From the NCBI RefSeq assembly GCF_000283555.1, contig NC_016012.1, positions 1,020,001 to 1,052,000 of the forward strand: DNA of 32,000 nt, written 5' to 3'. Shown in pieces: positions 18,852 to 26,200 of this stretch (the stretch's first letter is position 1; each line of letters opens with the position of its first letter). The DNA comes from Candidatus Arthromitus sp. SFB-rat-Yit (GTDB lineage: Bacteria > Bacillota > Clostridia > Clostridiales > Clostridiaceae). The notes beneath the pieces are model-generated. The model was not told where the DNA came from and made no database searches. It was given only the letters and a program-made list of their open reading frames with translations. The position numbers and the translations under genes are program-made.

Positions 18852-19077
18852 ATTCCCCCCATTTACTTATTGATTTATTACAATTATATAACATTTGTGA
18901 CAATTTTTCTATAAATAATTTACAAATCAATTATTAATTATAAACCTTATATATACTTTAATTAATTTATTAAAATTGTATTGAAATTTAAGAATGCTTC
19001 CGATATAATAATAATTGTTAATTGATAATTATTAACTTATTTTTGAATAATTATTTTATATTTTGGAGGTTTTTGTA

Positions 19078-19620
19078 ATGAAAAAATTTGTTTGTACAAT
19101 ATGTGGATACATAGCTGAGGGGTCTGCTCCAGAGGTTTGTCCTATCTGTAAAGCACCAGCTGATAAATTTAATGAGCAAACTGGGGATATGACTTGGGCA
19201 GATGACCATGTAATTGGTGTTGCTAAAGATGTTGATCCTAGAATTATAGAAGGATTAAGAATGAATTTTGAAGCTGAGTGTACAGAAGTTGGAATGTATC
19301 TAGCAATGTCCAGACAAGCTGATAGAGAAGGTTTCCCAGAAGTTGCTGAAGCTTATAAAAGAATAGCTATAGAAGAAGCTGAGCATGCTTCTAAGTTCGC
19401 TGAGCTTTTAGGAGAAGTTGTTGACAACTCTACTAAAATTAACTTAGAGAAAAGAGTTGCTGCTGAGTATGGAGCTTGTCAAGGTAAAAAAGATTTAGCT
19501 ACATTAGCTAAACAATTAAACTTAGATGCTATTCATGACACAGTTCATGAAATGTGTAAAGATGAAGCTAGACACGGAAGAGCATTCAAAGGTCTTCTTG
19601 AGAGATACTTCAAAGCTTAA
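19078..19620 (+). CDS. Reverse rubrerythrin (N-terminal rubredoxin plus ferritin-like diiron domain)
   Basis: [31 protein letters not shown] followed by [46 protein letters not shown]...[26 protein letters not shown]; GGAGGT SD at 19065-19070. Confidence 0.95.
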   Translation: MKKFVCTICGYIAEGSAPEVCPICKAPADKFNEQTGDMTWADDHVIGVAKDVDPRIIEGLRMNFEAECTEVGMYLAMSRQADREGFPEVAEAYKRIAIEEAEHASKFAELLGEVVDNSTKINLEKRVAAEYGACQGKKDLATLAKQLNLDAIHDTVHEMCKDEARHGRAFKGLLERYFKA

Positions 19621-19629
19621 TTTATATTT

Positions 19630-19669
19630 AGAACTCATTGATTTATTCAATGGGTTCTTTTGTTTTTTG
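19630..19669 (+). terminator. Terminator of rubrerythrin gene
   Basis: AGAACTCATTGA / TCAATGGGTTCT followed by TTTGTTTTTT. Confidence 0.85.
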
Positions 19670-19807
19670 TTCTCTCCCTTACTAATAATTTCTTTGTTAA
19701 ATTTTATGTGATATGTATATTAAGTTTTAAAATTTCATTTCGATATAAATTCATATATATCAACTTAAAATTGTTTGAAATTTATTACTCTTATGGGAGA
19801 AATCAAT

Positions 19808-20731
19808 ATGAAAAATTCGGAAAATAAAATTAAAAAGCAAAATGATTCGAGAGCATTTGCTTATAAGGCAATCTCACTTGCCTCTTTATCTACTCTAGCA
19901 CTAACCCTAGGATTAAATAACTTCAAAGAAGCCAAGGCTTTACTTACAAGAACAGGAACTACAAAATTCTTTGGATCAAATGGTTCTAAAGTTATGCTTC
20001 CGGGTAATATGGGATCTACTGGAAATACAGGATACGGTATTAAATCAGCAGTTACTGGTGGGGCTACAAAAGTTACTGGCGGAGCTCTTACAAGTGGTAG
20101 CAAAGGATTTGCAAACTTCAATAAAAAATGCCATAATCCATTTACTCAACCATACCTAGATTCTGTTAGACCATCTAACACTAGTAACGTAGGATCCTCT
20201 AATAAAAATACTTCTACAAAATCTCCTACTACTAGCGGAACTAATGGTACATCTAAACTTCCTACTACTGGATCAGGCTCAACACTTGGTTCAAATAAAA
20301 CTCCTTCTATAGGAAGTTCATCATCTAGTTCATCTTCATCTTTATCATCTTCATTAAGTAGAAATCCTTCTACAAGTAGTTCATCTTCTACTAGTTCATC
20401 TACATCATCTACGTTAAGTAGACCTTCTACAAGTGGATCAGTAGGTGTATATGAAAATCCTACAGATACTAACAACAATACTAATGGTAATAAAAATAAA
20501 CTTACTCCTAAACAAAAAGCTGGATTAGTTGCAGCAGGTAGTTTAGGTTTCTTAGGAGTACTTGCTGCTATTGGTGTAGGTGTTGGTGCTGCTCAAAATA
20601 GTAACAACAATAAGTCAGATTCAAACGGTACTAAAGGACCTGAGTCTGTAGCTACTCCAAAAACTCCAGAAAACACAAATAAAGTAGTTAACTCTGCCGC
20701 AGGTAACTATTACACAGATACAAAAGCGTAA
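19808..20731 (+). CDS. Exported Ser/Thr/Asn-rich protein with N-terminal signal and C-terminal TM segment
   Basis: GGGAG SD then MKNSENKIKKQNDSRAFAYKAISLASLSTLALTLGLNNFKEAKA|LLTR; poly-Ser stretches; TM segment AGLVAAGSLGFLGVLAAIGVGVGAA; tail ENTNKVVNSAAGNYYTDTKA. Confidence 0.85.
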   Translation: MKNSENKIKKQNDSRAFAYKAISLASLSTLALTLGLNNFKEAKALLTRTGTTKFFGSNGSKVMLPGNMGSTGNTGYGIKSAVTGGATKVTGGALTSGSKGFANFNKKCHNPFTQPYLDSVRPSNTSNVGSSNKNTSTKSPTTSGTNGTSKLPTTGSGSTLGSNKTPSIGSSSSSSSSSLSSSLSRNPSTSSSSSTSSSTSSTLSRPSTSGSVGVYENPTDTNNNTNGNKNKLTPKQKAGLVAAGSLGFLGVLAAIGVGVGAAQNSNNNKSDSNGTKGPESVATPKTPENTNKVVNSAAGNYYTDTKA

Positions 20732-20769
20732 TTACTTAACAATTCTCTTTTAAGGTAAGGGTGATTATT

Positions 20770-21093
20770 ATGAATAACTCAAACAAAAATAATACTAAAG
20801 ATATCACTAAGAAAGCCGTAGCTATTGGAACTGCACTCGGTGTAGTTGCAACCCTCGGAGCAAACCTAAATGTTAAAGAAGCTGGAGCTCGCACTCGTAA
20901 CACTAAACCAAATAAAGAATCTAGAGTAAACTCAGACAAGAAATTTTCGTACACTAAAAGACCTTGGACAAATGTAGATAAAGCAAATGCTCAAAGTTCA
21001 GAAGGATACGCAGCAAAAAATAAAGAAGAACGAAAAACTTCTAGTAATAGAAAAATAAGAGTTCCTGTTAGCGTTTCGACTGCAAGAAGATAG
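20770..21093 (+). CDS. Small basic exported protein, family member 1 (C-term VPVSVSTARR)
   Basis: MNNSNKNNTKDITKKAVAIGTALGVVATLGANLNVKEAGA|RTR...RKIRVPVSVSTARR; start ATG 20770 with AAGG(T)AAGG upstream; N- and C-termini match the following genes. Confidence 0.85.
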   Translation: MNNSNKNNTKDITKKAVAIGTALGVVATLGANLNVKEAGARTRNTKPNKESRVNSDKKFSYTKRPWTNVDKANAQSSEGYAAKNKEERKTSSNRKIRVPVSVSTARR

Positions 21094-21100
21094 TTTATAT

Positions 21101-21138
21101 AAGGGGATACCTCTTCGAGGTTTCCCTATTTTCTTTTT
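21101..21138 (+). terminator. Terminator, first copy
   Basis: GGGGATACCTC-ttc-GAGGTTTCCCT + ATTTTCTTTTTT. Confidence 0.8.
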
Positions 21139-21268
21139 TGTCAATTAATTTTAAATTTTTTTGCAACTTAAATATAAATTTTCCTTTTACCTCACCGAAA
21201 TATATGATTGTAAAGCTTATAACAAAAATTTTTATAGGATTGTTTTTCAAACAAGGAGGTATTTTATA

Positions 21269-21823
21269 ATGAGTAATTCATCTAAAAAAAATAATAAGAA
21301 AGATATCGCTAAAAAGGCTGTAGCCCTTGGTGCTGCTCTTGGTGTTGTTGCTGGTATCGGTGCTACTATGGGTGGTGGTGCTGAAGAAGCTCATGCTGCT
21401 AGAAGACCTTCCCAATCTTCTACTACAACTACTAACTCTGAACAAAGTACAACTACTACTAAAAGACCTTCTTCTAACGCTTCATCTGCAAATACTACAG
21501 GAACTTCTTCTAGAACTACAAGAAGTTCAGCTAACAGAAAAGTTTCTGCTAAGGTAGCTGATGCTAAAACTACTACAGATACTACTACAGAGGATACAAC
21601 AACTAGTACAAGTACTGGAAGAAGATCTACTACTTCAACTTCAAGTACTGGAAGAACTACAACTAACAAACAAGAAGATGCTAAGAAGTCTACTTCTCAC
21701 TCTTCTGTAAGTTCTAAAAGGTCTAAGTCTAAAGCTCAACAAAATAAAGATATGGCTTCAAGGTCTTCATCAACTGAGAAAACAAATAAAGTCGTTGTTA
21801 GCGTTTCAACTGCAAGAAAGTAG
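21269..21823 (+). CDS. Small basic Ser/Thr-rich exported protein, family member 2 (duplicate A)
   Basis: ACAAGGAGGT SD then MSNSSKKNNKKDIAKKAVALGAALGVVAGIGATMGGGAEEAHA|ARRPSQ...EKTNKVVVSVSTARK (184 aa); track start 21161 is upstream of the SD and unlikely. Confidence 0.88.
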   Translation: MSNSSKKNNKKDIAKKAVALGAALGVVAGIGATMGGGAEEAHAARRPSQSSTTTTNSEQSTTTTKRPSSNASSANTTGTSSRTTRSSANRKVSAKVADAKTTTDTTTEDTTTSTSTGRRSTTSTSSTGRTTTNKQEDAKKSTSHSSVSSKRSKSKAQQNKDMASRSSSTEKTNKVVVSVSTARK

Positions 21824-21830
21824 TTTATAT

Positions 21831-21868
21831 AAGGGGATACCTCTTCGAGGTTTCCCTATTTTCTTTTT
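21831..21868 (+). terminator. Terminator, second copy (exact 730-bp offset)
   Basis: Same hairpin as 21101-21138. Confidence 0.8.
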
Positions 21869-21998
21869 TGTCAATTAATTTTAAATTTTTTTGCAACTTA
21901 AATATAAATTTTCCTTTTACCTCACCGAAATATATGATTGTAAAGCTTATAACAAAAATTTTTATAGGATTGTTTTTCAAACAAGGAGGTATTTTATA

Positions 21999-22553
21999 AT
22001 GAGTAATTCATCTAAAAAAAATAATAAGAAAGATATCGCTAAAAAGGCTGTAGCCCTTGGTGCTGCTCTTGGTGTTGTTGCTGGTATCGGTGCTACTATG
22101 GGTGGTGGTGCTGAAGAAGCTCATGCTGCTAGAAGACCTTCCCAATCTTCTACTACAACTACTAACTCTGAACAAAGTACAACTACTACTAAAAGACCTT
22201 CTTCTAACGCTTCATCTGCAAATACTACAGGAACTTCTTCTAGAACTACAAGAAGTTCAGCTAACAGAAAGGTTTCTGCTAAGGTAGCTGATGCTAAAAC
22301 TACTACAGATACTACTACAGAAGAGGCAACAACTAGTACAAGTACTGGAAGAAGATCTACTACTTCAACTTCAAGTACTGGAAGAACTACAACTAACAAA
22401 CAAGAAGATGCTAAGAAGTCTACTTCTCACTCTTCTGTAAGTTCTAAAAGGTCTAAGTCTAAAGCTCAACAAAATAAAGATATGGCTTCAAGGTCTTCAT
22501 CAACTGAGAAAACAAATAAAGTCGTTGTTAGCGTTTCAACTGCAAGAAAATAA
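21999..22553 (+). CDS. Small basic Ser/Thr-rich exported protein, family member 3 (duplicate B)
   Basis: Identical SD and ORF except EDT->EEA and a few silent changes. Confidence 0.88.
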   Translation: MSNSSKKNNKKDIAKKAVALGAALGVVAGIGATMGGGAEEAHAARRPSQSSTTTTNSEQSTTTTKRPSSNASSANTTGTSSRTTRSSANRKVSAKVADAKTTTDTTTEEATTSTSTGRRSTTSTSSTGRTTTNKQEDAKKSTSHSSVSSKRSKSKAQQNKDMASRSSSTEKTNKVVVSVSTARK

Positions 22554-22559
22554 TTTAAT

Positions 22560-22581
22560 GGACACTGAAAAGTGTCCTTTT
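22560..22581 (+). terminator. Terminator after duplicate B
   Basis: GGACACT-gaaa-AGTGTCC-TTTT. Confidence 0.75.
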
Positions 22582-22625
22582 AATATAATGTAACGGATTT
22601 TCTAAACATGGAGGTGTATTTAGAA

Positions 22626-23174
22626 GTGTCTAATAAAAAGAATAAAAAAGAAATAGCTAAAAAGGCTGTTGCCTTAGGTGCTGCTCTTGGAGTTGTCGCT
22701 GGTATAGGTGCTAGCATAGGGGGAGGAGCTGAAGAGGCTCATGCTGCTAGTAGAACATCCCAAACAAGATCAACCAGAAATACAAACACTTCAACTTCTA
22801 CATCAAAAAGACCAACATCAAATGCTAAGACAAGCGTATCAAAAGAAAATAGTGAAACAGAAAGCAAATCAAACCAAAACTCTAGAAATTATAGAAGCAA
22901 ATTAAGCTCAACTTCAAGGAGTGGTAGTGAAGACGAATCTTCAAATAGAAGAAGAAGTAAAGCTAAAGTAATATCAAATTCTAATGCTGAAGTTGAGAAT
23001 GAACAAAATGATGAAAATACTACATCAAAAAGACCTACCCCTAAATCATATAAAAGTATAGATGATAAGAAACAAAACTCAAAAGCAATAGTCGATGGGA
23101 GTAGATCATCTGCATCAACAGATGAAAGTTCATCAGGCAATAAAATTATAGTCAGAATATCAACAAAGAAATAA
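22626..23174 (+). CDS. Small basic Ser-rich exported protein, family member 4 (C-term IIVRISTKK)
   Basis: GGAGGTG SD with GTG start at 22626: MSNKKNKKEIAKKAVALGAALGVVAGIGASIGGGAEEAHA|ASRTSQ...; track start at 22608 lies upstream of the SD. Confidence 0.85.
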   Translation: MSNKKNKKEIAKKAVALGAALGVVAGIGASIGGGAEEAHAASRTSQTRSTRNTNTSTSTSKRPTSNAKTSVSKENSETESKSNQNSRNYRSKLSSTSRSGSEDESSNRRRSKAKVISNSNAEVENEQNDENTTSKRPTPKSYKSIDDKKQNSKAIVDGSRSSASTDESSSGNKIIVRISTKK

Positions 23175-23183
23175 TGTTTAAAA

Positions 23184-23221
23184 ACAGCATTCTTATTTAT
23201 AGGTTTGCTGTTTATTTTTAT
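23184..23221 (+). terminator. Possible terminator of family member 4
   Basis: AAACAGC ... GCTGTTT followed by ATTTTTA; long loop. Confidence 0.5.
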
Positions 23222-23234
23222 ACAAAAACTAAAA

Positions 23235-23257
23235 TGGAGAAGCATTAAGCTTCTCCA
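23235..23257 (-). terminator. Terminator of the large multi-module gene
   Basis: TGGAGAAGC-attaa-GCTTCTCCA with A-rich + flank (T-rich for minus transcription). Confidence 0.75.
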
Positions 23258-23261
23258 AAAA

Positions 23262-26200
23262 TTAATATTTTAATCCCATTCCAACTACCATTTTCATAAA
23301 TTCTTCTTCATTAATCATTCTATCCACCACGTGTTTCTTTGCATTAAATACATCTCCATTTGCATTTACAAGTGATTCATTGTTGTAAAAATCTATCCAG
23401 AATCTCAAACCTTCCTCATCCGGATCTCTATCAACAACTATAGAATAAAGTATTTCAATTAATTTATCTGTGGTATATTCAAGTTCTGAAAACTCTTTTT
23501 CCGCAAACAATAAATTAATCAAAAAATCTCTTGCTCCTATATCTTGATTATTTAATCTATTAATCCAATAATCATAACCAAGTTCGTCAGGGGCTCTTAA
23601 GAATGCTCTATCATACACATTGTATAAAAATGATTGCCTAGGATTCTCAGCTTCGAGGATTATATTTTGTATATTAAATATAATCTCCTTCCCTTCTTCT
23701 ACTACAATTCTAACCTCTATTGAAGGATATTCCTTACCTGGCACAAGTCCTTCAACTCCAATATTTCCATCTTCATTAATTCGAGCAGATATTCCATCTA
23801 TATCACATAATATATCCATCTCTTCTGTCAAACTTATATCTCCGAGATCAGGAATAGGAAATGCAAATTGATTACCTATTCCATCAAATCTTTCAATTTC
23901 AACAGGTTGCTCAAAAATTGTTTCATCTACAGGTTCATTCTTAATAATTTTCTCAACATAAAATTCTGTTTTGCCTGCACCTATTGTAAATTTCTCTGTA
24001 ACAGGTTCTATCATAACAATATAATCTGTATCATCAGTTAAAAATTGATCTAAATTAAAACTTGTAACTGAAATTATATCTGATTCAATAGTATGAATTT
24101 TTACATATTCATCCCCAATTACAATATCAGATTCTTTCTTTTCGTTTGAGGAATCCTCATTTTCTTCACCCTGTTCTGCCTTTTTAACTGTCTTCAAATA
24201 AATGTTTAACTTATCTCCTTCTAAAAACTTTGTATTCTCTCCATAAGACCACTTAAGATCAAACGTACTTTTAGTAAATTCATCTTCATATTTCTCGCCC
24301 TCTTCAACAGTTGGCTTAATTCCTCTATACTCAAGTTCAAAATCTACAAAATAAACTTCATTAAAATATCCATGTGGATTGTAAGAAATCAACAAATCAT
24401 AATCTTTTGTATTATCTGGAATCGTACACTCAAAATCAAATATTTCATTACGACTACCACTAAATATAGAATCACTATTATACTGTTTATGATCTGCCAA
24501 TTTATAGAAAGTATCAACATATATATCTAAATAATCCATAACCACCATATCATTACCAAAATCAGTTTTTATTCTAAGTGTGTTACCTTTCATGGAATCT
24601 ATCCTACAATTACTAAATTCTAATTTCTTTGTTCTAAACTGCATTGTTTTATCTTCAATATCATTTGCTTTCGTTTTATACGTAAGAAGAACATCATAAT
24701 CCATATCTGGCAATACAGGAAGTATATTAAATTTCGTTAAATCTTCTAACTTATTACTCTCACCATGGAATGAAATTATATTAGGTTCTTTAGGATACTT
24801 ATTATCACTTCGCTTCTTTACATATATTTCTACATAATCTCCATTTGCAAATATATAATCTTGTGGAGCTGCAATATTTAAAATTGCATAATACTCTGTC
24901 GTACTTTCTAATTTTATAGACGCATCTGCATGCGTTGTTTTAAATTCCACAGTCTTTTCAAATTTAACATTACTTATTGTGTAAACAAGCTTAGCTGTAT
25001 AATCCATATCCATATAAGTTACAGTCCCATCACCTTTAAACACTCCGCTAACCTCAGAACCAACTTTTGAAAATGAAGATCCTGCAGGATATCCATTAAC
25101 AATCTTTCTTTTAATATAAATCTCAACTTTATCTTTCTCATCAAAAGTCGTAGGTTCTCCAGATACTTTCCACTCAAAACTTACACTATTTGGTCTAATT
25201 GACGTTGTTTTAAATTCATCTATAGTAAATGAGCTAGTTTTCTGATTTTCAAATGTCTTTTCTAAAGTTTTTCTTTCTTCTGTATTTCTAACACTATATT
25301 TTTTATTAGAGCTTGAAGGTTCTTCTTCTGTTTCCTCTGTTTTTCCTGTTTCTTCAGATGAACCTCCACCTTCTACTGTTCCAGTATTTCCACTATCTTC
25401 TGAACCTTCTGTTCCAGTAGACACATCTTCACTATCTTCTGTTTCTTCTTCATCACCTTCTTCCTCTTCACTGCTGCTATCATCAGATCCTTCACCATTT
25501 TCTTGATTGTCATCACCATTTGAACCATTTCCGTCAGATAAATCTCCATTGCTTCCCGAATCTTCTCCACCTGATTCTGTTCCTCCTCCAGTCGAACCAC
25601 CTCCAGTATCAGATCCGCTTCCAGATCCTCCACTACTACCGTCACCACTTCCAGATTCAATTATAGTATCTTTATCCTTTAGCTCATTTTTTGTCTTAAA
25701 CTCAATCTTAAAATCATATTCTTTCTCTGGAATTAGGTATCCAATGCTCACCTCTTTTATATTTTTCAAATCAATTTGGTTTTCTCCATTACTAGCATGG
25801 ATGTACTCTTTATCAGGCTCACTAGAAAAATTCTTTGCAGAACCATTTCTAAGTTTTTTAAATAATCTTATACTGTCACCTTCTTCAAACGTAAAATCTT
25901 CAGAATACTCAAGCTGAAATATAACTTCATTAACTTTTTTATCTTTAATAGAAACTTTTACCGTATTATTTTGATTGTTAGCTTCCCCAGTATTATTTGT
26001 TTCACCGTTTGAATATGATGTACCTTCAGATTGTGTTCTAACAAGTGCATTATTTTTTAAATCACCATAGCTTACATATTCTTTTCCATCTATATCATAA
26101 ACAAATTTAAAATCATATTCTTTGTTTATATCTCTCCCCAAATTTAAAATACAAGATCCCAATCTGCTTAAATCTCTATTTGCATAAAATTGCGAATCAT

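Larger units (their letters stand above)
21094..22553 (+). repeat. 730-bp near-perfect tandem duplication (21094-21823 and 21824-22553)
   Basis: Terminator, 5' leader and CDS repeat at constant 730-nt offset. Internal differences seen by eye: AAA/AAG (silent) and GAGGATACA/GAAGAGGCA. Confidence 0.95.

Noticed and set aside
21161-21268. 36-aa N-terminal extensions (MQLKYKFSFYLTEIYDCKAYNKNFYRIVFQTRRYFI) in the ORF track for the duplicated genes
   Set aside because: They lie upstream of a canonical AAGGAGGT at 21253-21260 placed 8 nt before ATG 21269; the extension is leader sequence, not a functional peptide.
21391-22399. Antisense and alternative-frame ORFs 21327-21557, 21391-21669, 22057-22287, 22121-22399
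   Set aside because: Duplicated by-products of the low-complexity repeats in the real genes at 21269-21823 and 21999-22553.
25373-25917. ORFs 25373-25660 (-) and 25507-25917 (+) within the large gene
   Set aside because: Frame-shifted or antisense readings of the Gly/Ser/Glu linker; no SD and biased composition.
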